Sequence record: OR354826.1
Strand: one strand, 5' to 3'
Origin: Staphylococcus phage S-CoN_Ph3
Length of the DNA: 64,000 bases
Positions 29,099 through 39,448 of the stretch are shown here, in pieces (within the stretch, counting starts at the first letter, position 1; every line of letters starts with the position of its first letter). The notes under the pieces are model-generated. The model was given only the letters and a program-made list of their open reading frames with translations. It searched no databases and had not been told where the DNA came from. Both the position numbers and the translations under genes were made by a program.

Positions 29099-29127
29099 AC
29101 TATAACATAGAAAAAGACCCCTGTCAA
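29099..29127 (-). promoter_or_regulatory. sigma-70-type promoter in hairpin GACCCCTGTCAATAGGGGTC (TTGACA, 17-bp spacer, TATAGT)
   Basis: read on minus strand: GACCCCTATTGACAGGGGTC...TATAGT. Confidence 0.5.
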
Positions 29128-29179
29128 TAGGGGTCAAGTCAAAAGTTTAACATTTTTTCATTTTCAATAATTAATTACA

Positions 29180-29974
29180 TTACTTTAAGTTAACAATAGG
29201 GTCTCCACCAATATTAATTGGTTGGTCGCCCTTCCATTTTTCAATAAGTTGTTTTTGTAATAACTCATCACTTAATGATTGTTCTACAATTTCATTTGCT
29301 TTCTTAGTACCTTTTGCTTCAATTTCTTTACGTTCAGCTTCTTCTTTAGCAATTTGTTTGTCTACTTTTTTACGTTCTAATTCTTGGTTTGCCTTAACAC
29401 GACTGTCAATTGCTTTTTGAGTGTTCTTATCAGCTTTTGGAGAACTTAAAGCAATATCCTCAACAATAAATCCTTGACCTTTAAGATTATCTTCAAGTTT
29501 ATCTAAAGTAGATTTTTTAATTTCACTTGTTTTAACACCGAAAGCATCAATTACTGAATACTTAGAAACAGATTGACGTACATTATCTTGTACTCTTGAA
29601 CGTAGATAACCTTTTTCTAGTTGTTCAATATCTGCACTACCGAAGCGATTAAACAATTCAACAGCTTTTGAACTATCAACTTTATAGTTTACATCAATAT
29701 CTAAATTAAGATTTTTACCATCTGACGTTGATACATTCATGTCTTTGTAACTAATGGTTTGTGTTCTTGTCGGATATTCATTAACTCTATTCATTGGTGC
29801 TACTACATGCCAACCAGGACTTAAAGTATTGTCTTTGACCCCTTTAGGAGAGTATACAACACCTACTGTTCCTTGTGGAACTCTTTCAATACATAAGATT
29901 ACTATAACAAACAATACAATAACTCCCACCACTAATGCTGATAAGATACCACCTGCTTTAATTTTACTATTCAT
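29180..29974 (-). CDS. SPFH / Band-7 (stomatin-prohibitin-flotillin-HflK/C) domain membrane protein
   Basis: N-terminal TM then VPQGTVGVVYSPKGVKDNTLSPGWHVVAPMNRV...DVNYKVD matching the Band-7 core; coiled-coil Lys/Glu-rich C-terminus. Confidence 0.6.
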   Translation of the reverse strand: MNSKIKAGGILSALVVGVIVLFVIVILCIERVPQGTVGVVYSPKGVKDNTLSPGWHVVAPMNRVNEYPTRTQTISYKDMNVSTSDGKNLNLDIDVNYKVDSSKAVELFNRFGSADIEQLEKGYLRSRVQDNVRQSVSKYSVIDAFGVKTSEIKKSTLDKLEDNLKGQGFIVEDIALSSPKADKNTQKAIDSRVKANQELERKKVDKQIAKEEAERKEIEAKGTKKANEIVEQSLSDELLQKQLIEKWKGDQPINIGGDPIVNLK

Positions 29975-29976
29975 AA

Positions 29977-30252
29977 TTAATCTTCTCCTCTTCTAATATC
30001 ATCATGTAGTTTTTCTAATTCCTCAATATCATTGTCTAATTGTGCGACCTCTGATTCATAACCAGTGATTTTTTGTAGGGCATTTCTTTTATGCTGTTTA
30101 AAATTTATTTCACGTTCTATCCATGTTATTTCTCTGTCAGTTTCATTTTTTTCAATATGTTCTGTTACATAAGGAATTGTCTTTCTTATGAAAATATATG
30201 AAACCATAAATATAATGCTAAACACTAACAAAAAAATTAATATCCATACCAT
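29977..30252 (-). CDS. small membrane protein with coiled-coil tail
   Basis: 91-aa ORF directly upstream of and co-oriented with the SPFH gene; N-terminal TM helix. Confidence 0.35.
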   Translation of the reverse strand: MVWILIFLLVFSIIFMVSYIFIRKTIPYVTEHIEKNETDREITWIEREINFKQHKRNALQKITGYESEVAQLDNDIEELEKLHDDIRRGED

Positions 30253-30263
30253 TTATAGCACCT

Positions 30264-30956
30264 CTATGTTAATATTGTTAATGCTGATTTAGACCAATTT
30301 TCTAAATCTAGTTTTTCAATCTCTTCTTTTGTTTTAAATGAACCTTCTAAAGTATCGGTTTCTTTAGATTCAACTGTCCAATTTTCTGGAATAACAATAA
30401 CATTTAATACTCCTAAATGAACAGAATCAACCTCTGTTTTTTCGTTATATAATAAACCAATAATAGCTGATTCTTTAGTGATTTCATAATGATTAGTAAT
30501 TTCAATACCGTTGTCAGTTTTAATAGTAACTTCTTCTTCAAGTTCTCTTGAGTTATTTACTGCTAAAATATGTTCAAAATTCCAAGCGTGCTCTACCTCA
30601 TTTTGATGTCCACCTATACCTATTGAAGATTTACCATGTAATCTAGATTCTCCACTGCCTTCAAGTCTAGTATAAGTAAAATATTTATCTCCTTGCGCAA
30701 TAATTGTGTAGGGAATTGGTTGAACGAAATCAAAATTCTCTTCTAAGTCTCCACGTCTACCAACAACCCCTGCAATTTCCCATAAATTATTTAAAGTATT
30801 AACCATTGCATCATAGTCTTCTAAGTTAGTAGGAGCCAACACTTCTACATTTAACATGTCTTGAATTAAATTAATTTTTTCTAGTGCTGACTTATTAAGT
30901 GCTAAAATTTGTTCATCATTTTTATTCATAAATAATTTCTCCTTTTTAATATTCAA
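30264..30956 (-). CDS. hypothetical protein
   Basis: 230-aa ORF, no motif recognised. Confidence 0.3.
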   Translation of the reverse strand: MNIKKEKLFMNKNDEQILALNKSALEKINLIQDMLNVEVLAPTNLEDYDAMVNTLNNLWEIAGVVGRRGDLEENFDFVQPIPYTIIAQGDKYFTYTRLEGSGESRLHGKSSIGIGGHQNEVEHAWNFEHILAVNNSRELEEEVTIKTDNGIEITNHYEITKESAIIGLLYNEKTEVDSVHLGVLNVIVIPENWTVESKETDTLEGSFKTKEEIEKLDLENWSKSALTILT

Positions 30957-31215
30957 ATTTTAATTCAGCATTTTCTGTGTCAGATACTAGTACATAGTCA
31001 TCTGATACAGTGCTTAAATCAATAGGCTCGTCAAAAGCTAATACAATAGATTTTTCGTTAGGTTCATATTTTTGGAATTTAACCAAGTTGTATTTATCAG
31101 CGTGTTTAACTACCATCATAATGTGGTGTTCATCATTTTTGGATAACTTGTGTTTAACCAAATCTCCCACCTTCAAATCTAATTTACGATTTCCTTCTTG
31201 AAAAATAAACTTCAT
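30946..31215 (-). CDS. hypothetical protein
   Basis: 89-aa ORF. Confidence 0.3.
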   Translation of the reverse strand: MKFIFQEGNRKLDLKVGDLVKHKLSKNDEHHIMMVVKHADKYNLVKFQKYEPNEKSIVLAFDEPIDLSTVSDDYVLVSDTENAELKFEY

Positions 31216-31230
31216 AATATTTTCTCCTTT

Positions 31231-31509
31231 CTAATAGGTAATTTTAATATTGTATTGTTTTGATTTTACTAGTAAATGGTAGTTCTCGAAATTGTTAATT
31301 TCATCTAATGTACGAGGAGAGGAATGTCTAAGATGAACTTCTTCTCCTATAAGAGCATTTTCCAACATAACAATATTATACCCCAAACCATCTTTAACAA
31401 CTATACCGACAGTTTTTACTTTTTCTAAAAGACAATCTATATCATCTATTTCAATTAAATCTCCAATCTCAATCCTCTTTTTTATATTACTTTTTTCTAA
31501 TTCAACCAT
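31231..31509 (-). CDS. hypothetical protein (start moved to ATG with AAAGGAG RBS)
   Basis: ORF track 31231..31533; AAAGGAGAAAAGGTATT-ATG places start 24 nt downstream. Confidence 0.3.
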   Translation of the reverse strand: MVELEKSNIKKRIEIGDLIEIDDIDCLLEKVKTVGIVVKDGLGYNIVMLENALIGEEVHLRHSSPRTLDEINNFENYHLLVKSKQYNIKITY

Positions 31510-31578
31510 AATACCTTTTCTCCTTTCTAACAATCTAATAATAGTATAACAGAGAAATTAATCTCTGTCAATACTATA

Positions 31579-32061
31579 TTAAAATTTTCTTCTATTTTTA
31601 TTTTGTTCCGAATTAGTAGCCCATCTACAATTTTCTGGTGTATAATCCCCATCATTGTCTATCCTGTCTATAGAATCCTTATCTTCTGGTTTCTTCCCCA
31701 CATCTTCTAAGAAGTTCTCAAAACTTTCTAACCATCTATCACAAACCTTGATTCCTCTACCTCCATAATTATGATAATACATATGTTTTTTATAATAACA
31801 TCTCGTTATCATATTATGGTAAACTTTATATTCAAAACTTTTTGTCATTCCATGAGTAGTACATTTTTCTCTTAATCTCTCTAATCTATAACACCCACAA
31901 GATTTAACTCTATTATTTCTTAATCTCGTTCCAGAAACTCTTACAATATTACCACATTCGCATTTACAACAATACATAATTCTGCGATGGTTATCAGTTC
32001 CATCTCTATATAATACATTCAATCTTCCAAATGTTTTATTTATCATATTATCTTTTTTCAT
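31579..32061 (-). CDS. free-standing HNH endonuclease (paralog of 43116..43784)
   Basis: Cys-rich zinc-binding segment CCKCECGN...SCGCY and HNH motif [17 protein letters not shown]; overlaps 3' end of DNA polymerase gene. Confidence 0.6.
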   Translation of the reverse strand: MKKDNMINKTFGRLNVLYRDGTDNHRRIMYCCKCECGNIVRVSGTRLRNNRVKSCGCYRLERLREKCTTHGMTKSFEYKVYHNMITRCYYKKHMYYHNYGGRGIKVCDRWLESFENFLEDVGKKPEDKDSIDRIDNDGDYTPENCRWATNSEQNKNRRKF

Positions 32062-35000
32062 TTCTATAATGATATTCTCCTTTTATTTTTTCTATTTTTA
32101 TAACTGGTTTTCTATAAATATTATTACCTCTCATATTAAAAGCTGCTCCTGATTTATAGCCTAAAATAACAAGAAGATTTCCTCTTTCCCACCAACTTTC
32201 ATCATTGGCTGTTTTTTCTTGGTAAATTGTATAGTTTTTTCTTGATACTTTAATAGGTACTACACCACTATTCTCCGTCAACAAGTAAACAATTCTTTTA
32301 ACGTGATTATTGCCTACAACAACTCCAGAAATAGCCGATATTTCATAATCTACAAAACCTCTTTTATTTCTTCCTAGTATAGGGTTGTTTTTCAATTCAT
32401 TAAAATTAGAAAGTTTAAATCTCTCATTAACCTTTTTATTATCAATAACAAAATCATTAGAGTTAAATAATATAGTATCAATTTCCCACTCTGGTATAGT
32501 TCCTTGACATTCTTTTAACCAATATTCTTGACGTTTCTTTTTAGTAAACTCTTCTGCATATTGTGGTTTTTTGATTTCTTCTTTTAATGGTTTAATTTCT
32601 TTGTTGTAATATTTTTCAAATGATTTAATATCTATTACTAACTCATCTTCTAAAGTGTAATCAACATGTTTAGAATAGTTTTGTATAAATATTTTTTCTA
32701 TTTCTTCATTCATCGGTTCTTTGTTTCTACCTTTAATTCTACTTCTAAAATCATGCAGCGCCAATAATTTATCATATTTATCCGGTATTATATTTCTATA
32801 ATAATCTAATTGAGACATTGTTACCTTTTCTTTTTGTGGTATTTCTAGTTTTACTAATTCAGCCATTATATGACGTCTACTTAATTCTTCTAATGAATCC
32901 ATAGCACCAGATTTAATTAATGAAATAGTTTTTTTAGTGCTTGTTAATTTAGTATCAACCATTCTTTCGTAATAGTCTTTTAATGATTTAAATGGTCTAT
33001 TTTCAATAATAGCATCTAATGTGTTTGTATCTAAACCAATAATTGGTTTTAATCCATATAAAACCTTACCATCTTGGGCTGTAAATTTAAGTTGTGACTT
33101 ATTAATATTAGGTAGAGTAATACTATCTCTCATACTGTTCACAGCTTTAGATACTTCTGTATAATCTGTTCCTTTAGTTAAATCTCCTTCTAAACCGCTA
33201 TTAATATTAAGACAAGCTGTTTTCCAGTAACCCACACCGTATTTATAGGCAATGTTCATTTCAATCATTAATACTAAGGTATATCCAGAAACATGTGGAC
33301 GAGAAAAACTATATTTCCGACTTAATCCAATTTGTTCGTTGATAATATAATCAGCAAATTCTTTGCTATGTCCGTTATCTAAAATATTTTTAGTGAATAT
33401 TCTCTCACATTCTTCAATAGCCTTTTCATTTTTCTTAGCAATAGCTTTTCTATACTTATTAGCAAATAGTAAGTTAGAATTACCTATTCTCTTATCCATT
33501 ACAATAAGCATTATACCTTCTTGTGTGTCTAATATACCATTACGTTCTAGTAAATGTTCCTTCATTAGTTCTATTTCTGTCTCATTTAAGCCATGATTCT
33601 CCATGTCTTTATACCATTCATTAATGTTATTCTTATATCTTACAAATTTATCTACAGGTTGCTCTTTTCCTCCATCTACCTGCAATCTAATAAGTGTATT
33701 AGTAACTTCTATTTCGTTAAATGTTTCGGGTCTAATTTTTTTCATAGCATTTTCTGCTACAAGTGAAGACATTTGAAAAGCATCAAATATTTCTCCTTCA
33801 GATAACATATTAAACATTTCTTTTGATGTCAAGTCTAATACGTCTGGATGGAAATATTTATCATATGTTTCTTTTAAACTACCTTGCCATTCTATTTTAC
33901 CATCTTCTAGTAATAATTCCATAGCTTCTCTTATTCTTCCTAGTGCAGAAATTGAGAGGAAATCAAGTTTTAGTTCAGAGGTATATTGTCCGTCTTCTGC
34001 ATTGAATTGAGTTACTTCTAGTCCTTTTGTTGTTTTCATTTTAGCATTTACATCTAAGTAATGTCTAGGATAAAAAATAACAGAACTTGCATGTTGGGAG
34101 CGACCACTAATCAATCCCTCAATAGATAACATCACATCTTTTAATCCATCATATTTTTCTACTCTATCAATAAATTCTTTGACTGGTTTTCTATTCTTCT
34201 TCTCATTGCCAAAGAAACAATCAGACACCGACCATAATGCAGCTCCTTCTGATGGTATTAAATTTGCAATATTATGTTGTTCAGCAACATCCAAACCATA
34301 ACCCCTTGTTGCTGTGATTACAGTTGATTTAGGTCCTTCTGTAGTGAATGTACAACTATTCAAAACTCTCTCACTACCATATCTATCTTTGGCAAGTTCG
34401 ATTATTTCTTCTCTTTTAGATGATTCAGAATCTAAGTCTATATCTGCTAGCTCTGGTCTATCCTTGTTTAAAAATCTCCAATAAGGGAGTTTATATTCAA
34501 TAGCGTTGATTTGAACAATATCTAATAAATAATTAGTATAGAAACAACTTGCAGAACCACGAGATACTCCAACTAAACTCACTTCCCACATCATCTCTAC
34601 AACATCTTTTGTTAAAACAAAGTAACTAGATAATGATTGGTCTAATTTATTAGAAATTTCCCAAATTTGCTCTAATTCAACATCAATTCTACTCAAGTTT
34701 TCCTTATTAAACTCTTGATTATGTGATAGCATACCTTCTCCAATAAGGTGTAGATAGTATCTATCCATATCTCTTTCAGAGTTTTTAAATTTATTAATAT
34801 AAACATAGTCATCAAGATAATTTTCAAACAAGTTTTTATCATTATATTTTGGTATATCAATATTTGGGACTTGAGTTTTTTGTTTAAAATTAATAGGCTT
34901 TAGCCTTTTCATTAAATCATGGGTGTTCTGTATTAATCTATCAAGAAGTTCGTCATCAAAATACTCCAATAATTCTTTTCTATCCATAACGTATGTTGTA

Positions 35001-35809
35001 TTGTAGAAACTATCAATCTCTCTATCGCCTTGAGAAGCGTTTAAGTATATTTTGTGAGCAAATGCTTGTTCTTTGTTGAGATAATGAGCATCGGTAGTTA
35101 TAATTGGAGTTAAATCATACACTTTACAAAGTTGTAGTAGCATATCATTTACAATTTGTTGTTCTTGTTTCACATCAGCATTTGATTTATCATGTTTAAT
35201 TGCTGGTTGTAACTCAAGATAAAAGTTCTCTTTACCTACTAAGTTAATAAAGAACATAATAAATTCATTAATCTTCTTCTTATCTTCTTTAGAATTGCTT
35301 TCATGGTATCTTAAGATAGTCTGGTTTAGTAAACTTCCGATACAACTCGAGCTGAAAATCACATCGTCTTCATAGCCCTTAATCAACTCTTCAATATCTT
35401 CAAAGTAGGTAGGAGTTCTTTCCATCCCCCTATAGAAGAAGCTATTGTTCCATTCTCTAGTTGTTAGTTTCTTCAAGAACTCATATCCATGTTGGTTCTT
35501 AGCTAGCACTAGAAAATGATAGAATGGTGTCTTTTCATTGTTTTCTCTGGCTTTTTCTATCACATCTTTTTCTACTAAGTATATCTCATCTCCATATCCT
35601 AAGACAAAGTCTTTAAACTTGTCTTTATTATCTTCAATGTATCTGTGCGCTCTTACGTGATTACTAATTGTCGCATGGTCTGTGATAGCTATACCTGGTA
35701 GACCTAATTCTAAAGCGTAATCTAAAAGGTCTTTTGGTCTATTAATTGCATCACGTAAACGAAAGTTACTCGCATCTGTGTGATTATGAATAAGAAAAGG
35801 TTGATTCAT
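32048..35809 (-). CDS. DNA polymerase III alpha-type replicative polymerase (N-terminal PHP domain)
   Basis: 1253 aa; PHP motif HNHTDASNFRLRDA...GIAITDHATIS at N-terminus; size and neighbourhood (helicase, primase, RNase H). Confidence 0.6.
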   Translation of the reverse strand: MNQPFLIHNHTDASNFRLRDAINRPKDLLDYALELGLPGIAITDHATISNHVRAHRYIEDNKDKFKDFVLGYGDEIYLVEKDVIEKARENNEKTPFYHFLVLAKNQHGYEFLKKLTTREWNNSFFYRGMERTPTYFEDIEELIKGYEDDVIFSSSCIGSLLNQTILRYHESNSKEDKKKINEFIMFFINLVGKENFYLELQPAIKHDKSNADVKQEQQIVNDMLLQLCKVYDLTPIITTDAHYLNKEQAFAHKIYLNASQGDREIDSFYNTTYVMDRKELLEYFDDELLDRLIQNTHDLMKRLKPINFKQKTQVPNIDIPKYNDKNLFENYLDDYVYINKFKNSERDMDRYYLHLIGEGMLSHNQEFNKENLSRIDVELEQIWEISNKLDQSLSSYFVLTKDVVEMMWEVSLVGVSRGSASCFYTNYLLDIVQINAIEYKLPYWRFLNKDRPELADIDLDSESSKREEIIELAKDRYGSERVLNSCTFTTEGPKSTVITATRGYGLDVAEQHNIANLIPSEGAALWSVSDCFFGNEKKNRKPVKEFIDRVEKYDGLKDVMLSIEGLISGRSQHASSVIFYPRHYLDVNAKMKTTKGLEVTQFNAEDGQYTSELKLDFLSISALGRIREAMELLLEDGKIEWQGSLKETYDKYFHPDVLDLTSKEMFNMLSEGEIFDAFQMSSLVAENAMKKIRPETFNEIEVTNTLIRLQVDGGKEQPVDKFVRYKNNINEWYKDMENHGLNETEIELMKEHLLERNGILDTQEGIMLIVMDKRIGNSNLLFANKYRKAIAKKNEKAIEECERIFTKNILDNGHSKEFADYIINEQIGLSRKYSFSRPHVSGYTLVLMIEMNIAYKYGVGYWKTACLNINSGLEGDLTKGTDYTEVSKAVNSMRDSITLPNINKSQLKFTAQDGKVLYGLKPIIGLDTNTLDAIIENRPFKSLKDYYERMVDTKLTSTKKTISLIKSGAMDSLEELSRRHIMAELVKLEIPQKEKVTMSQLDYYRNIIPDKYDKLLALHDFRSRIKGRNKEPMNEEIEKIFIQNYSKHVDYTLEDELVIDIKSFEKYYNKEIKPLKEEIKKPQYAEEFTKKKRQEYWLKECQGTIPEWEIDTILFNSNDFVIDNKKVNERFKLSNFNELKNNPILGRNKRGFVDYEISAISGVVVGNNHVKRIVYLLTENSGVVPIKVSRKNYTIYQEKTANDESWWERGNLLVILGYKSGAAFNMRGNNIYRKPVIKIEKIKGEYHYRNEKR

Positions 35810-35810
35810 T

Positions 35811-36152
35811 TTATTGTTCCTCCATTTCTTTTAAAACTTCTATAAACTCTTTATTAATCTTATCAGAATCAACAATCTGTTTCATTTTTTCTTTTATGAA
35901 ACCATTTATTTCATCCTTGTTATTAATTTCACTGTCTACGATTGGTTCATAAATGTTTGGTTTTGAAGTTATATCTATAATATCTTCTTGTGAAACTATA
36001 TGTTTTACCCCTTTTACTTTATTTGTTACATGCCACATCTTAAACATTAAATAATGATTTACTTTATTATCTCTCATGCCGTATGATAATTGAATTTCAA
36101 ATAATTCGTTTTCATATTCTCTTGTAAATTCTATTTGTTTTATTAAACTCAT
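35811..36152 (-). CDS. hypothetical protein (start at MSLIKQ, RBS GGGAGGAAG)
   Basis: ORF track 35811..36167; RBS-supported ATG 15 nt downstream. Confidence 0.3.
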   Translation of the reverse strand: MSLIKQIEFTREYENELFEIQLSYGMRDNKVNHYLMFKMWHVTNKVKGVKHIVSQEDIIDITSKPNIYEPIVDSEINNKDEINGFIKEKMKQIVDSDKINKEFIEVLKEMEEQ

Positions 36153-36217
36153 AATACTTCCTCCCATTAAAAAACTTGTTAAGTATATTATAGCATACTC
36201 AACAAGTTCTGTAAAGT

Positions 36218-36802
36218 CTAATTTAATTTTTTATTTAAAATAATTGTTATCAACGTAGCAATACCCATCATAACAAGGTTTACTGATTCTGTAATAATAG
36301 CACTTAAAGGCGCATGAGTTACACTCATATTAATAATCATAATACCTAATCCTGCAGCAAACCCTATATATAATAAGTAATTAACGCCTTGTGCTGTCTT
36401 TTTATATATTAAGTGAATTATTTGTTCTAAATATGCAAAAGCAATTAGAAATGATGACCAATGTTGAACTATGTCATTAGGAACCCAATAAACAAGTATA
36501 CTTGCTGCAAAAGAAAACATCATCAAATACACCCATATACCATAGAAACTATGTTTTTTATAAGCAACAATCAATAATATCAAAAATGCAATTGCAGCAT
36601 TAATACATTGTGGTACTATTACATACCACACAGCACTTTCCTCAATAAGTGTTGAAGCAGTTATAGCAGTTGCTAATGCAATAGATAGCCAAAATATTTT
36701 AGAAACTCCTTTAATCTGTTTATGAGCAATTAATGATTTTATCTGTGGAAAATATGATAAAAGAAAAATAATGGAAACAAACACCCCAAGAATAACTTGC
36801 AT
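36218..36802 (-). CDS. polytopic membrane transporter-like protein (PQ-loop / MtN3 / PnuC clan candidate)
   Basis: about 7 TM helices; N-terminal SYFPQIKSLIAHKQIKGVS resembles PQ-loop motif. Confidence 0.35.
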   Translation of the reverse strand: MQVILGVFVSIIFLLSYFPQIKSLIAHKQIKGVSKIFWLSIALATAITASTLIEESAVWYVIVPQCINAAIAFLILLIVAYKKHSFYGIWVYLMMFSFAASILVYWVPNDIVQHWSSFLIAFAYLEQIIHLIYKKTAQGVNYLLYIGFAAGLGIMIINMSVTHAPLSAIITESVNLVMMGIATLITIILNKKLN

Positions 36803-36864
36803 ACAACATTCCTCCTATTTATAAATTTAGGGCAAGTAAAAACCTGCCCTTTAAAAGTTAAGTT

Positions 36865-37884
36865 TTATTCTTTGATTAATTTTAATCCATCTGCAGCATG
36901 AACCCAACCTTTTGAGAATACACCGAATTTATCATACCCTGCTAAATAAACGTATTCAACATCTTCTTTGCCGTGACCAGTAACAATACCGTAACCACCT
37001 TCTTCTATCCCACCAAATGATTCTAGGACTTCCACAAGGTCTCCTTGTTCAAATTTTCTTTCTCTTTTTACATATGTTTCTTCTGACGTCGGAGTTAGTT
37101 TGGCATTTTTTAATTGTTCTTCAAATTCACTAGTTGTCAAAACAACAGGAAGTGTATCTTCTTTAGCATCAATACGTACTATATGCTCATCAATTTTATT
37201 AGTTAATTCAACATATTCATTATGAACAAAATCTCCAAATCGGTCTTCTATTTTACCTTCAATAAAGTAAGTCCCGTTTTTTAAATCTTCAATTTTTAAT
37301 TCAGATTTATTATTGCCGTTTTTATATTCCTCTTCTGTTAAAAATTCCACATCTTTAATCGTATCAAAACGTTTATAAACAGAAATATCGTCATCTTCAT
37401 CAGCGCTATAAAAAATATAATATTCATCTGAAATTCTTCTAAGTTCTATTTCTCCATATAAAACATCATCTGAATTTACGTCATCTACAATTTTTTCTAC
37501 ATAATATTTTTTCCCAACAATCATGTCTTCATTGTAGAGTTCGTCATCTTCATAAAACTCAATTTCATTAATTTTGTCAACATCATCAAAATAAACTAAT
37601 ACCATATTTCTAGTCTTTTCCTCAATGAATAAGTAGCTAATTTCATCAATACTTAGTCTTACAGCTCCAGAAACCTCATCAGAGTCATCTCTTAATGGTT
37701 TAATATAATAAATCTTATCATGTTCTAAGTTTAAAGGATTCTTTTCCTGTTCTACATTATCTTCTTTTTTATTTACAAGCTCATCTTGGTCGTCTTCTTT
37801 AATTTTTCGTAAAAAATCACATACTTCTTCAATAGTACCTTCTGTCGTAACTTCATTTCCATTAATAGTTGTTGTAATTTTCAT
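36865..37884 (-). CDS. hypothetical acidic protein
   Basis: 339-aa ORF rich in D/E; RBS AAAGGAGAATAATT. Confidence 0.3.
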   Translation of the reverse strand: MKITTTINGNEVTTEGTIEEVCDFLRKIKEDDQDELVNKKEDNVEQEKNPLNLEHDKIYYIKPLRDDSDEVSGAVRLSIDEISYLFIEEKTRNMVLVYFDDVDKINEIEFYEDDELYNEDMIVGKKYYVEKIVDDVNSDDVLYGEIELRRISDEYYIFYSADEDDDISVYKRFDTIKDVEFLTEEEYKNGNNKSELKIEDLKNGTYFIEGKIEDRFGDFVHNEYVELTNKIDEHIVRIDAKEDTLPVVLTTSEFEEQLKNAKLTPTSEETYVKRERKFEQGDLVEVLESFGGIEEGGYGIVTGHGKEDVEYVYLAGYDKFGVFSKGWVHAADGLKLIKE

Positions 37885-37918
37885 AATAATTATTCTCCTT
37901 TTTTATTAATCTAATATT

Positions 37919-37947
37919 ATTATATCGTATGACTAATGATTTGTCAA
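37919..37947 (-). promoter_or_regulatory. sigma-70-type promoter (TTGACA, 17-bp spacer, TATAAT)
   Basis: plus-strand TGTCAA 37942-37947 and ATTATA 37919-37924. Confidence 0.5.
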
Positions 37948-37996
37948 GCGTTTTATAAAAATCAAAGGTGGAATTTTCCACCAATGATTGATATAA

Positions 37997-38425
37997 TTAT
38001 AATTCTTTAATATCTCCTTCTTCAACATAACAAAAACTAATTAAATAAGAATCGTACTCATCGTCTTCATCAACAAATAGGTAAGATGTTTTGTCGATAT
38101 TGTCTAGGATTAATTCTCTTTCAATTGTTTTTCCTTTATAGCTTGACAAGAAATATTTTTCTCCCTCATAAAGATTTAAAGGGTTGTTATCGCTAATACT
38201 GCCTACTACTTTTACAATATCTTCAACATCTTCTAATTCTGCGACAAATAAACTCTCTGCTGCATGTACTAAATACTCTCCGTCTACATTAATAACACAG
38301 CCTCTATCGCCTTTCTTAAAATTATTTTTATCGTCGAAAGCAAAGAAAAAGTGTGTTGGTATAATACTATCAAAATCATCTAAAAATTCTACTACATCAT
38401 GTTCTTTAATATTAGGTTTTACCAT
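37997..38425 (-). CDS. hypothetical protein
   Basis: 142-aa ORF. Confidence 0.3.
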   Translation of the reverse strand: MVKPNIKEHDVVEFLDDFDSIIPTHFFFAFDDKNNFKKGDRGCVINVDGEYLVHAAESLFVAELEDVEDIVKVVGSISDNNPLNLYEGEKYFLSSYKGKTIERELILDNIDKTSYLFVDEDDEYDSYLISFCYVEEGDIKEL

Positions 38426-38505
38426 AAATAATCTCTCCTAGTTATTGTTTTATGTTACATATATATCTTAACATGACAGTATATATCTTGTCAATATATT
38501 TTTAA

Positions 38506-39123
38506 TTAATTTCCACCTAATTTTTCTAATTCTTTTTTAACTTCTTCCCAAGACACAAACCCTTTACCATTGGTTAATGATAAAATTACGCCATACAAAA
38601 ATTGATTAAAAGCTACTTCTGTTCTATAGGGGTCATCATAAGTGTGTCCATTTCCTTCTCTAATATCAGAAGAATAGATAAGTACAGGTTTATCAATAAT
38701 TTTTTGCTGTTCTTTAATTTCATCTTCTAATGTTTCAGCCACTTCTGTAATATTACCTTCCACATCACAATAATTAATATCTAAAATCTCTTTCAATCTA
38801 TCAATTGTAATTTGTGCTTGCCTTTTCATACCAAGTAAAATGCTTAATTCTGAAATTGTTCCAGTAGCATGGTTCAGTATATCAAATGTAAAAATGTCAC
38901 ACTCTAGCATTGCATTATAATCATTATTTAATATTCTTTCAGCTAATCCTTTTTGTACAGCTTTAGATTTATCATTAATTGACTTGTCATCACTAGGAGA
39001 ATATGCTTCAATGCCGATAATCCCATTTAATTCATCACGTTGTTTATTTCTGTATTCCACCATAGGTATAGATAATAAGTCTCCTCCAAGATACACTTTT
39101 TTATCTTTAATTTCATTTACCAT
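38506..39123 (-). CDS. nucleoside 2-deoxyribosyltransferase-like protein
   Basis: N-terminal KKVYLGGDLLS and later ATGTISELSILLGMKRQ resemble NDT family motifs (YLAGP..., D.GT.fElG). Confidence 0.4.
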   Translation of the reverse strand: MVNEIKDKKVYLGGDLLSIPMVEYRNKQRDELNGIIGIEAYSPSDDKSINDKSKAVQKGLAERILNNDYNAMLECDIFTFDILNHATGTISELSILLGMKRQAQITIDRLKEILDINYCDVEGNITEVAETLEDEIKEQQKIIDKPVLIYSSDIREGNGHTYDDPYRTEVAFNQFLYGVILSLTNGKGFVSWEEVKKELEKLGGN

Positions 39124-39136
39124 ATTTCATTCTCCT

Positions 39137-39397
39137 TTATAAATATTTTCTTGCATATTCTGAATACTCGTTTGCTTCTTTTACTCTAGGATATTTTACA
39201 ATACTAAAGGCAATAATCCCTAAAGCCACAATAGGACTAATAAATAGTAAACCTATTGTCCCTACTGTTGTTTGTAAAAAGAAACCAACGCTTTCAATTA
39301 CATACCAGCCAATAATCAAAGATAATGTTAAACCAGCAATCCATAATAACTTACTCCAGAAATTACCCTTTTGAAAACTGTATGATAATTTTTTCAT
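39137..39397 (-). CDS. small membrane protein
   Basis: 86 aa, two TM helices. Confidence 0.3.
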   Translation of the reverse strand: MKKLSYSFQKGNFWSKLLWIAGLTLSLIIGWYVIESVGFFLQTTVGTIGLLFISPIVALGIIAFSIVKYPRVKEANEYSEYARKYL

Positions 39398-39448
39398 AAT
39401 TTTATTCTCCTTTATTATTTATATGCTAACTATAACACTTTGATATAT

